Source: a virus
Lineage: Duplodnaviria > Caudoviricetes
Strand: one strand, 5' to 3'
Virus record (IMG/VR): IMGVR_UViG_3300006734_000001
Location: 1-52,162 of that record
DNA length: 52,162 bases
Shown: in pieces, positions 25,874-34,761 of the stretch
Layout of the letters: each line of letters starts with the position of its first letter
Numbering within the stretch: the first letter of the stretch is position 1
Translations under genes and position numbers: made by a program
The notes under the pieces: model-generated
The model's database searches: none
What the model was told of the DNA's origin: nothing
Seen by the model: the letters and a program-made list of their open reading frames with translations, nothing else

Positions 25874-27176
25874 TACAAACGAAACCGAAGAAATCATCAG
25901 CGACATGAAGAAGAAAGCGGAGATTCCGATCAAAGGAACCCCCGCCGATCTGATTGCCAAATTCACCCGCAAGCAAACCGAGGCTGGGCTACCCAGCGGG
26001 GAGAATGTGAATGATCCCATGCTTGGTCGCATCCGCGAGGAACAGAGCGAGGAGACTATCGTTGACGATAATGCCGAAGAGTCCTCCGATCAGAAGGAGA
26101 CGAGAGAACTGATCCAACCGGAGAAAAAGAAAAAAGGTTTCGTGCAGAAGCAGATAGAGGAGAACCGCCGACTCAAGGAGGAGTTGGAGAAGTTCAAGAA
26201 TGACGAGGTTCCCAAGTATACCGCCAAGATCGCCGAGCTTGAGGAATTGGTGAAGAACAGCCAGACCACGCAGGAGGCTAATCATTACCAAGAGCAGTTG
26301 AACAAAGCCAACGAGCAGAAGGCTGAACTGGAATCCCAACTTTCCAAGGAGATTCAAGACCTCCGCAGCAAGCTGGACTTCTACGATCTGACCAGCAACA
26401 AGGACTTCCAAGACAAGTATCTTAAACCCATCAACCAAAACTATGGTGAGGCTAAGAAGTTGATTGGAACCGACCAGCAACTCAACGCTCTATTCAGCAA
26501 AGCGGTCACGGCGAATGCCGCCCAGTTCCAGCATACCAACGAGGAGGACCGCCAGCTTGCCATCAAGGAAAGGGATGAGGCTCTGGAGGAGATTGTCAAT
26601 TCCCTCCCGCTAGTGAAGCAGAGCAGGTTCCTCAACTACGTCGACAACTTCATGCAGGCTACGGAGAGTCACGCCCAAGCCTTGTATGACTTTGAGCAGA
26701 CCAAGCAGGAGATCACCCGCACGGCGAAGCAGAAGGAATTGGAGGCCCGCACCCAGTTCATCAATACGTGGAGGGAAAGCTACAAAGCCCAGCAGGAATT
26801 GACGGAAAAAGAGGTGCAAATTTCCGACGAAATCGAGAGCTACATGAAGGAGAAAGGCATTAAGTATGATACATCTAAAGATGATGCCATCGCCCTCTCG
26901 GCTACCCAGCAGAGCGATGACCCCGCCACGGTGGATGACATGAACCGCCTCATCAACCAAGGCCGGGTCTACAAGAAGCTCCAAGCCCTTGTCAAAGCCC
27001 AGCAGGAGATGCTGAAGGAGAAGGATGAATACATCACCAAGCTCAAGGGAAGCTCAAGCGTGAACAGCACCTCCTCGACCACGGATACACCGCAGAGGAA
27101 GCTGACTCTGCCCGAGGGGTTGGCGGAGAAGCTCGCTAGGTTCAGCCCGCAGGGGCGCAAACTTGCTACCGCATAA
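25866..27176 (+). CDS. Capsid scaffolding protein
   Basis: Charged coiled-coil protein immediately before the capsid gene. Confidence 0.7.
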   Translation: MSDTNETEEIISDMKKKAEIPIKGTPADLIAKFTRKQTEAGLPSGENVNDPMLGRIREEQSEETIVDDNAEESSDQKETRELIQPEKKKKGFVQKQIEENRRLKEELEKFKNDEVPKYTAKIAELEELVKNSQTTQEANHYQEQLNKANEQKAELESQLSKEIQDLRSKLDFYDLTSNKDFQDKYLKPINQNYGEAKKLIGTDQQLNALFSKAVTANAAQFQHTNEEDRQLAIKERDEALEEIVNSLPLVKQSRFLNYVDNFMQATESHAQALYDFEQTKQEITRTAKQKELEARTQFINTWRESYKAQQELTEKEVQISDEIESYMKEKGIKYDTSKDDAIALSATQQSDDPATVDDMNRLINQGRVYKKLQALVKAQQEMLKEKDEYITKLKGSSSVNSTSSTTDTPQRKLTLPEGLAEKLARFSPQGRKLATA

Positions 27177-27202
27177 ATTCTCGCTGGGGAAGGCGAGAAT
27201 AA

Positions 27203-27242
27203 GGAGGGGGAGAGGTGTAAAAATCTTTCCCCCTCTTTTTTT
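27203..27242 (+). terminator. Intrinsic terminator after scaffold
   Basis: GAGGGGGAGA...TCTTTCCCCCTC followed by a T run. Confidence 0.7.
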
Positions 27243-27244
27243 GT

Positions 27245-27273
27245 TTGACAGGGTAATAATAGTGTTGTAGTGG
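27245..27273 (+). promoter_or_regulatory. Sigma70-like promoter for capsid leader
   Basis: TTGACA at 27245 with a TG-TAGTGG -10-like element at N17. Confidence 0.45.
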
Positions 27274-27279
27274 TGGGCA

Positions 27280-27460
27280 TACAGAGTAAGCCGAAAGCGT
27301 GAGCGATTAGGGGGATCAGTCCACTCTGGCTGGCGAGTCACCGATCTCGCAGACAAACGGTATTCCGGACAGGTCCGCAAGGACACCGAGGGTAGACTCC
27401 GGCTCGAAAAACCAAGCACTCGCTTTGGGGTTTCGATCCGTGGAGCAAGTGCGAACCTGA
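27280..27460 (+). ncRNA. Structured leader/ncRNA upstream of the major capsid gene
   Basis: GTCC-GCAA-GGAC GNRA hairpin, GCGAG/CTCGC and GCACTCGCT/AGCAAGTGC stems. Confidence 0.45.
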
Positions 27461-27494
27461 ACCAAAACCAAATAACTCAAACAGAATAAATCAT

Positions 27495-28889
27495 ATGGCA
27501 AACGTCATCTTCAATTCGTGCGAAGAGTTGGATAGTTTTTTCCGTGAGGGCCGTGAGTATTTCAACGACCTCTACGTGAAGAAGCTCGTCACCAACTCGA
27601 CGTATTTCACCCGTTTCGAGGAGCAGCCTTGGCCGCTGAACCACACCACCGAGCAGAAGGCTTTCCGCTTTGGCCGTGGGTTCCACGATCCCTGCACCCC
27701 GTTCAACAAGATCAACGACACCTATTGTTCCACGGACTCCTGCGCGACCAATAGCGAGCTTATCCAGCGCCCCGGCACCGAAAGCTACACTTTCGAGCTT
27801 CTCCGCAAAGAGATGCACACCGACTGGATTTGCGTCGAGTCCTTGCTCTACCGTCTCTTCCCTGCTGAGGAAATCCTCCAGTTCGAGGAGAGCAACGCCC
27901 GCATCACCAAGAACGTCCACGAAGAGTTCCTCCGCGCCAACTACATTGGTCAGGCTGGACACAAGTGGGTCGGTCTCACCACCGAGGATGGAACCTACTG
28001 TGGTCTCCTCGACGATCAGGCGTGGTTCATCCCGCAGCACACCGAAGATAACACCGCTGGCTACGACCTCTGCACCGTCAAGGTGAAGGTGGCTCCTGCC
28101 GATCTGGTGAAGATCTCCTACCTGTCCCTCGACATGCTGGACGATGCGCTCATCGAGCTTCAGAACGAAGACGATGCCTTCCGTCTGGACATCGCCGAGA
28201 CGACTGGCATGCAGCTTCTCGACATCGTGATCCCCGATCCCCGTGTTGGTCGTGCGCTTTACTTCCAAGCCAAGCGCAACAATGGCTACTGGGATGCGAA
28301 CACCGACTTCGACGCCCGCCTCTCCAGCCTCAAGCTGGGTGTCAACCGCGTCATTGGCGACTACGCCTTCGGTTACGACATCAACGCGGCCCGCTTCAAC
28401 GCGGCTCCCGATCAGCCGCAGGGTGAGTTCAATCCCGCCGATCCCGATACGTGGGCAGTCCTCGTCCGCGTGCCTCGCTACACCAAGGTTGTGCAGGAGA
28501 ACGGTTGCTCGTATGTCCCGAACAAGGACTACGCCAATGCCGACTTCGCCATCTCGGTTGCGATGGTCAACAAAGCGATGGTCAAGTGGACGATGCCTTC
28601 CGCTACTGGCTACGGTCAGGCGCAGATGCAGACCCAGAACTACGCTGGCGATTGGGAGTGGAAGAACCCCGATTGGGAGTGCAACCGCTGGAGGAAGATG
28701 GGTTACTACCAAGCCCAGTTCCGCCTCGCCGCGCAGGTCAAAGACCCGACTCTGATCCACGTCTTCCTGCACCGCCTGCCCAAGACCAAGAACCTCTACG
28801 GTTCCTGCTGCCCGCTGAATGACTACACGCCTCCCACCGAGCCGGTTGATTGCTACAACTGCGAAGGTGTTGGCGACATTGTGGTCTAA
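27495..28889 (+). CDS. Major capsid protein
   Basis: 464 aa, after the scaffold; strongest C-ending codon bias; followed by a hairpin. Confidence 0.8.
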   Translation: MANVIFNSCEELDSFFREGREYFNDLYVKKLVTNSTYFTRFEEQPWPLNHTTEQKAFRFGRGFHDPCTPFNKINDTYCSTDSCATNSELIQRPGTESYTFELLRKEMHTDWICVESLLYRLFPAEEILQFEESNARITKNVHEEFLRANYIGQAGHKWVGLTTEDGTYCGLLDDQAWFIPQHTEDNTAGYDLCTVKVKVAPADLVKISYLSLDMLDDALIELQNEDDAFRLDIAETTGMQLLDIVIPDPRVGRALYFQAKRNNGYWDANTDFDARLSSLKLGVNRVIGDYAFGYDINAARFNAAPDQPQGEFNPADPDTWAVLVRVPRYTKVVQENGCSYVPNKDYANADFAISVAMVNKAMVKWTMPSATGYGQAQMQTQNYAGDWEWKNPDWECNRWRKMGYYQAQFRLAAQVKDPTLIHVFLHRLPKTKNLYGSCCPLNDYTPPTEPVDCYNCEGVGDIVV

Positions 28890-28908
28890 CCCACCCACCC
28901 AAACCCAA

Positions 28909-28930
28909 GGAGGGGGAGCGATCCCCCTCC
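28909..28930 (+). terminator. Hairpin after capsid gene
   Basis: GGAGGGGGA-GCGA-TCCCCCTCC; no T run. Confidence 0.5.
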
Positions 28931-28959
28931 CAAGGGGCGGGTAAACCCATAATAAAACC

Positions 28960-29469
28960 ATGGCTTGTTTCACCGACACACCTCCAGCCAACTGGAGCTA
29001 CCAGTGGCTTCTCACGCTGAATAGTTTTGTGCCTGAATCGCAGCCCGTGAGTCTCGGGTGCTTTGCCGCATCCAATTCATCGGCGCAACTCTACCAGTTC
29101 TATGATGTTCTCCATAAGATCGTTGGGACTGAAGAGTATCTGACCCAGAACTGCTTCGTTCAGCTTACGGAACCCCAGCAATGGGACCAACTCAACGATG
29201 TCCTCGCCCTGCTCTTCCCGCCCGTTATTACGAGCGAGTTGACCTTGGCTGGCACCGAGACCGTTCCGTTGTCCTACCAGATCACCGCCACGAACAATCC
29301 GACCAGCTTCAATGCGACGAGCTTGCCTGCTGGATTGAGCGTAGACACGAATACCGGATTGATCAGCGGGACTCCGACAACTGCTGGAACCTACAATGTG
29401 ACCATCTCCGCCACGAATAGTGCTGGAACCGGCTCTGCCACGTTGGTCATTACGATTGTTGCACCGTAA
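28960..29469 (+). CDS. Virion decoration protein with Ig-like (He_PIG) domain
   Basis: LPAGLSVDTNTGLISGTPT...GTYNVTISATN. Confidence 0.82.
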   Translation: MACFTDTPPANWSYQWLLTLNSFVPESQPVSLGCFAASNSSAQLYQFYDVLHKIVGTEEYLTQNCFVQLTEPQQWDQLNDVLALLFPPVITSELTLAGTETVPLSYQITATNNPTSFNATSLPAGLSVDTNTGLISGTPTTAGTYNVTISATNSAGTGSATLVITIVAP

Positions 29470-29529
29470 TATCGGTAACGATAACCCGCGATGGGGTCCG
29501 ACCCCCCGCCGCAAACCAAATCCAAAAAT

Positions 29530-29820
29530 ATGTTAAGTGAAAACTGCTTCAAGGAAAGCACGGAAGATGTGCAGAATTGGGAACTCCTCCAGCAAGGAGT
29601 AGCCATTGAACAAGCGATCCAAGCCGCGCAAGGCTTCCAGATTCCTCCATACGACTTCATCGACCTTGACTACTACGCTGGGACCAATAATATCCAGACT
29701 GTGGCCTTCAAAGATGGCGGCTCGGGCGGGACAACTGTGGGCACACTTACGCTCACCTACACGCCCACCCAACCTCCAGTTGATGATGACGCATTGCTCG
29801 ACACCGTAACCTTGAGTTAA
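29530..29820 (+). CDS. Small virion protein
   Basis: IPPYDFIDLDY...GGTTVGTLTLTY. Confidence 0.7.
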   Translation: MLSENCFKESTEDVQNWELLQQGVAIEQAIQAAQGFQIPPYDFIDLDYYAGTNNIQTVAFKDGGSGGTTVGTLTLTYTPTQPPVDDDALLDTVTLS

Positions 29821-29823
29821 GCC

Positions 29824-32013
29824 ATGCCATACAAATTCAATCCATTCACCGGCAAGTTCGACAATGCCCCCGGTGCCCCCGTCTTCAGCGATGCCAAGTT
29901 CACGATCTTCGATGACGGAGACAAGACGAAGAAATTCCAGTTTGAGGCTAGTGCCATTAGCGCGGCGACCACCCGCACGCTAGACATCCAAGATGTGGAT
30001 GGGCCTGTGGCTATTGGCTACGGCACGGCGAACCAATACATCCGTGGAGATGCCACGATCAGCAACTTCCCTGTGGCTGCTGGCGGTGGAAGCTCGGTGA
30101 GCTACTACCTCAATGGCTCGGTTAGCCAAGGGACGATCCTCGGCGACCAATACTATGAGATCAACAAAATCCCCGCAGGCGCATCGCAGACAGACTTTGC
30201 GCTGACCACGGGAGCAGACACGGCATTCTTTATTACGGATGTCAATGATCCATCCCTGCTCCAAATCCCGCAGGGTAACTTTACCTTCCAACTCTACTGC
30301 CAGACCAGCGCAGGTAGCCCGCAAGTCTCGGTGGAGCTATACAAATACGATGGCGCGGCATTCACCCAGATTGGCACTACCAGCCAAGCCACAACGATCT
30401 CCAATACCGCGCCGGATATCCACTTCTTGACGGTGGCGGTCCCCGCCTCCACCACGCTGGCTCTGACCGACAGGCTGGCAGTCCGCGTGATTGGGAGTAG
30501 CTTGGGAGCAAATACGCTCACCCTCAATACCGAGGGGAATACGCAGAGCCAAATCATCACGACCTTCTCGACCGGCTTGGCGGCACTCAATGGTCTGACC
30601 GACCAAGTGCAATTCTTCGCCACCGGCACCACGGGCACGAACTTCAACATTGTAAGCTCTGGGTCTACCCACACCTTCAACATCCCCGTAGCCAGCGCGG
30701 CGAATACCGGAAAACTCTCCGCTACAGACTGGTCTACCTTCAACGCCAAGATCGGCGCAGGTCTGTATACAGCCACCACGGGACTGACGATGAATACTGC
30801 CACCATGCTTGGCCGAACCACGGCAGGCGTAGGCGCGGCAGAAGAGATTACGGTGGGCACAGGACTCTCGCTTGCCGCAGGCGTCCTCTCCAATAGCGGA
30901 GTAGGCACCGTCACCGCCACCGCGCCGATCACAAGCTCTGGTGGGGCAAATCCCGACATCTCCACCAGCATGAACACCGACCGCCTGATTGGTCGCACGA
31001 CAGCAGGCACGGGTGTGATGGAAGAGATTGCCGTCGCAGGTGCCCTCACCCTCTCCGCTGGCACGCTCACCGGAACCGGAGTGGTTGGATCAGTCGGAGC
31101 AGTAGACAACGCCGTCCTCCGCGCAGATGTGGGAACCGGAGTGGTGCAGAACTCCTCCATCATCATTGATGATGAGACTACCGCTACGCAGAACAATGTG
31201 GCTATCGTCAACAATGATAGCCAAGCAGACTCCGCCCTCGTCCTCACGCCGAAAGGGACAGGGGCGTTCATTCTTGGGCCGAAGCCGGACGGGACTGCGG
31301 TTGGAGGCAATGCGAGGGGCGCAAGAGCGATCGATTTGCAAACAAATCGAACAGCAGCAACTCAAGTCGCTTCTGGGTCAGATTCTTTTGCTGCAGGCTT
31401 AAGCAACACAGCAAGCGGCTCTAATAGCACAGCAATAGGCAGGCAATGCGCGGCATCTGGCTCTTATAGCACAGCAATAGGCAGGCAATGCACGGCATCT
31501 GGCTCTAATGCGACTGCCATTGGGTATCTAACACAGGCTACTAACAATTCTTCTTTTGCATTAGGATATGTATCAAAATCCGATAGGTATGGAATGGTGG
31601 CTGAATCTGGGATTTATTTTAGCGCCGGAGGTGATGCCCAGCGGGGCCGTTTCGTTTTAGCAAATAAAACCACCAACGACACCGCCACCGAGCTTTTCTT
31701 GGAGGCCAATAATCGTCTCACGATCCCCAGCGGCAAAGTGCTCGCTCTGACAATCAATATCTCTGGCATTAAATCGGATGGAAGCGCAGTAGCCCACTAC
31801 CTGCGCCAGTATGCCTTGAAGAACGTCGCAGGCACCACCAGCGAAGTCTACGCGCCTGTGACTATCGGCACCGATAATGCCGCAGGAACCAGCATCGCAT
31901 TGAGCGCCAACGACACCAACGACGCACTCAAGGTCGAAGTAACAGGTATCGCCGCCGAAACATGGCGCTGGGTTGCAAGCGTGGATGCCGTCGAAATCGC
32001 CTACGGAACATAA
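29824..32013 (+). CDS. Long fibre protein
   Basis: MPYKFNPFTGKFD start; repeated GRTTAG.G..EEI fibre units; YadA-like ASGSNSTAIG repeats. Confidence 0.8.
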   Translation: MPYKFNPFTGKFDNAPGAPVFSDAKFTIFDDGDKTKKFQFEASAISAATTRTLDIQDVDGPVAIGYGTANQYIRGDATISNFPVAAGGGSSVSYYLNGSVSQGTILGDQYYEINKIPAGASQTDFALTTGADTAFFITDVNDPSLLQIPQGNFTFQLYCQTSAGSPQVSVELYKYDGAAFTQIGTTSQATTISNTAPDIHFLTVAVPASTTLALTDRLAVRVIGSSLGANTLTLNTEGNTQSQIITTFSTGLAALNGLTDQVQFFATGTTGTNFNIVSSGSTHTFNIPVASAANTGKLSATDWSTFNAKIGAGLYTATTGLTMNTATMLGRTTAGVGAAEEITVGTGLSLAAGVLSNSGVGTVTATAPITSSGGANPDISTSMNTDRLIGRTTAGTGVMEEIAVAGALTLSAGTLTGTGVVGSVGAVDNAVLRADVGTGVVQNSSIIIDDETTATQNNVAIVNNDSQADSALVLTPKGTGAFILGPKPDGTAVGGNARGARAIDLQTNRTAATQVASGSDSFAAGLSNTASGSNSTAIGRQCAASGSYSTAIGRQCTASGSNATAIGYLTQATNNSSFALGYVSKSDRYGMVAESGIYFSAGGDAQRGRFVLANKTTNDTATELFLEANNRLTIPSGKVLALTINISGIKSDGSAVAHYLRQYALKNVAGTTSEVYAPVTIGTDNAAGTSIALSANDTNDALKVEVTGIAAETWRWVASVDAVEIAYGT

Positions 32014-32016
32014 GCT

Positions 32017-32250
32017 ATGAAAACATACGGAGTAATATTCCAAGATGGAACCAAGGAACTCGTCAGCATCGTGCTCGATGAGAACGACGAGCCACGCATG
32101 GATACGCTGGCCCCCTATCCCACGCCGGAAGATTGGGTGGAGCCACAGATCATCCCGCTGGTCAAACTACCAAAACCCGCCGAAGGAGAGTGGACACCGA
32201 AGGTTGTCTGGTTCTCTGATCGCGTGGAGCGTCAATGGGAAGCCGTATGA
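32017..32250 (+). CDS. Small fibre-associated protein/chaperone (copy 2)
   Basis: Paralog of 20708-20941. Confidence 0.75.
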   Translation: MKTYGVIFQDGTKELVSIVLDENDEPRMDTLAPYPTPEDWVEPQIIPLVKLPKPAEGEWTPKVVWFSDRVERQWEAV

Positions 32251-32873
32251 GCCTCGCCTGCACAGGAGACAAGAACTGGGATACGCTGAACTACGAGCGG
32301 TATCTTACTATCGCCACGGCTATCGGCAACGATAATCCGTATAGCTTCGCGTGCTTCTCTGTGCTGAACGAGGCCCAGCAGAATCTTCTGATCAGCCAAA
32401 CGATTGCGGCAGGATTCACCGGACCCTACGCAGTAGCCCTGCGCGGACAGGCAGGCCGGATCACGGATGACACCATCGACATTGGCTCACAGGGCGTCTA
32501 CCAACCAACTGGGCTGGTCGCAAATTTCGACACCCCCATGGCGGTAGGGATGAGCTTGGGAACCACGGATCAATTCGCGCTCAAGAATACAAGCGGCTCC
32601 ACACGGGTCTTCCGCTTCTACGCAAGCTATGATGGCACGGCAGGGAACAACCAAATGCTTGGCATCAAGCTCGCCAAGAACGGGGTCTTGATTGACGAGA
32701 CGGAGTGCCGCGCCTTCACGGGAAGCAACATCCAAGAAGGCAAGAACGTCACAAGCTGGCTCATCGAGATGGATGATGATGATGAGGTAGCAGTCTGGGT
32801 TGCAAACCATTCCGGCACGAATGATATTGTAATGAAGAGAGGGAGAATCCTCGCAACATCAGTAGACCAATGA
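32247..32873 (+). CDS. Virion protein with C1q/TNF-like C-terminal domain
   Basis: Beta-rich C-terminus (IKLAKNG...IEMDDDDEVAVWV). Confidence 0.6.
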   Translation: MSLACTGDKNWDTLNYERYLTIATAIGNDNPYSFACFSVLNEAQQNLLISQTIAAGFTGPYAVALRGQAGRITDDTIDIGSQGVYQPTGLVANFDTPMAVGMSLGTTDQFALKNTSGSTRVFRFYASYDGTAGNNQMLGIKLAKNGVLIDETECRAFTGSNIQEGKNVTSWLIEMDDDDEVAVWVANHSGTNDIVMKRGRILATSVDQ

Positions 32874-33046
32874 GCGACCACCCTACCATGACAGGAGTTA
32901 TCGGAACCGCGACTAGCATCTCGGGGGTGTTAGTCTCCCTCCTCCCCCATATTGAAACAGGATTACGAATCTCGGGCGCAATCGTCGGCTTGGTGGCTGG
33001 CGTCTTGACATGCGTCTATATGTGGAAGAAGATACAGAACCTATGA
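32870..33046 (+). CDS. Putative holin/antiholin (2 TM)
   Basis: 58 aa, hydrophobic with basic C-terminus; ATGA overlaps. Confidence 0.6.
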   Translation: MSDHPTMTGVIGTATSISGVLVSLLPHIETGLRISGAIVGLVAGVLTCVYMWKKIQNL

Positions 33047-33219
33047 AAATCGTAGACTACATCCTCAAGCGACTGAAAGAGAAATCAACGTGGGCTGGCC
33101 TCACGACGATCTTGGCCCTTGTCGGGCTGAAGCTTGACCCCGATCAATTCGCCGCGATCAGCACGGCGGTCATCGGAATCATCGGGGCCATTGAAGTCTT
33201 TCGCCGGGAGAAGAAATGA
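33043..33219 (+). CDS. Putative holin
   Basis: RLKEKSTWAGL, two TM segments, RREKK tail. Confidence 0.7.
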   Translation: MKIVDYILKRLKEKSTWAGLTTILALVGLKLDPDQFAAISTAVIGIIGAIEVFRREKK

Positions 33220-33365
33220 ACCACCGGGCACTCATTGCTCTGACAGCTTTATGCATGTTGGTAATCTTATTGCTAACTGGCTGCGAAACCTTGCGTTTTG
33301 GAATAGCGACAGACTTCGGGACATTCAGCTACGAAATCCCGACGAAGACGCTCCGAGACAAGTGA
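33216..33365 (+). CDS. Small lipoprotein, spanin candidate
   Basis: Signal peptide with LLTG-C lipobox; 49 aa. Confidence 0.6.
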   Translation: MNHRALIALTALCMLVILLLTGCETLRFGIATDFGTFSYEIPTKTLRDK

Positions 33366-33841
33366 AGCCCAGTTATAAGGAAGTTATCCGCTCCACCCCT
33401 AACTTTTCCAAGGGGCGAGCGATAACTCCGAAGGCAGTAGTCCTCCACCATACTGCCGGTAGCTACGCAGGATCGGTATCGTGGTGTCTGAACCCAAAGA
33501 GCAGGGTGAGCTACCATTGTATCGTTAAACGAGACGGAGAGCGCACAATCCTAGCAGAAGACAACAAGAGGACATGGCACGCGGGGAAGAGTAGGTGGAA
33601 GGGAAGGAACGACCTGAATAGCTGGAGCCTTGGGTTGGCATTTGAGGGGGATACCTACGAGGAACCACTCTCCAAGGAAATGATTGAGTCCGCCATCGAG
33701 TATCTTCTCCCCAGAATGAAGAAACTATCGTTGACGATAAAGGATGTCACCGATCACCGCACGGTCAGTCCCGGCAGGAAGAATGACTTGAAACTGTCGG
33801 AATATGACAGATTCGTGCAAGAACTGGGAAAACATATATGA
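33362..33841 (+). CDS. Endolysin, N-acetylmuramoyl-L-alanine amidase (Amidase_2)
   Basis: VVLHHTAG, VSYH, TWHAGKS, SLGLAFEG, DH..VSPGRKND. Confidence 0.9.
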   Translation: MKPSYKEVIRSTPNFSKGRAITPKAVVLHHTAGSYAGSVSWCLNPKSRVSYHCIVKRDGERTILAEDNKRTWHAGKSRWKGRNDLNSWSLGLAFEGDTYEEPLSKEMIESAIEYLLPRMKKLSLTIKDVTDHRTVSPGRKNDLKLSEYDRFVQELGKHI

Positions 33842-34713
33842 GCAAATGGCAATTCCGCGAAGCTAGTAGGAATGTGCATATCTTCGATGTGAACCTATCC
33901 AAGGTGGGGGATGAGCAATGGTTCCTACTCCAATCGGATGTGCATTGGGACAACCCGCATTGTGACAGGAAGAAGCTCAAGAAGCACCTCGATCTGGCGA
34001 TGCAGAGGAATGCTCCGGTGCTGGACTTCGGCGACTTTTTCTGCGCCATGCAGGGTAAGTATGACAAGAGGAGCAGTAAGAATGACATTAGACCGGAACA
34101 CCAGAACGGGAACTATCTGGATAGCTTGGTGAATACCGCGCATGATTATCTTAAAACTTATGCTAAACTCCTCACGTTGAGAGGTAACGGGAATCACGAA
34201 TCTGCCATCAACAAGAATCACGAAACCGACCTCAATGAACGACTTGCAGAAAGATTGAGGGCAAGTGGAAGCCCGGCACGCAGGGGCGGCTACTCTGGCT
34301 ACGTCCGCATCCAAGTGAGCGACAAATACCGCCAGCATGGATCAATCGTGCTGTGGTATTTCCACGGTAGCGGGGGAGGTGGCCCAGTCACCCGAGGCGT
34401 GATCCAAACCAATAGGCAAGCAGTCTACGTCTCGGATGCCGACATTGTTTGCACGGGCCATGTCCACGAAAGCTGGCAGGTCGCCGTCGAGAGGATCAAG
34501 CTCAACCATAAAAACAAGGTCGAGATCAAGCGGCAGTCCCACGTAAAGATCGCAGGCTACAAGGAAGAATATGGAGATGGATATGGGGGATGGCACATCG
34601 AGACAGGCAAGCCGCCGAAGCCCACGGGAGCATGGTGGCTACGGCTATACATACCGGAATATGGAAAGCTGAAAAGATCGGGGCCGGAATATGAACTATT
34701 TGAGGCAAGATAA
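33838..34713 (+). CDS. Calcineurin-like metallophosphoesterase
   Basis: SDVH, GD, GNHE, FHG, GHVH. Confidence 0.88.
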   Translation: MSKWQFREASRNVHIFDVNLSKVGDEQWFLLQSDVHWDNPHCDRKKLKKHLDLAMQRNAPVLDFGDFFCAMQGKYDKRSSKNDIRPEHQNGNYLDSLVNTAHDYLKTYAKLLTLRGNGNHESAINKNHETDLNERLAERLRASGSPARRGGYSGYVRIQVSDKYRQHGSIVLWYFHGSGGGGPVTRGVIQTNRQAVYVSDADIVCTGHVHESWQVAVERIKLNHKNKVEIKRQSHVKIAGYKEEYGDGYGGWHIETGKPPKPTGAWWLRLYIPEYGKLKRSGPEYELFEAR

Positions 34714-34761
34714 AATTTGCAATAGACAAATGAACCGCTATCGTTGACGATAAATACTACT

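Noticed and set aside
27477-28991. 504-aa antisense ORF over the capsid gene
   Set aside because: Shadow of strong codon bias on the + strand; no recognizable motifs. The same applies to 2260-3165, 30294-31310 and 42791-43588
19548-32250. Diversity-generating retroelement or invertase shufflon behind the fibre duplication
   Set aside because: No reverse transcriptase or recombinase seen; copies are in direct orientation and differences are not adenine-specific
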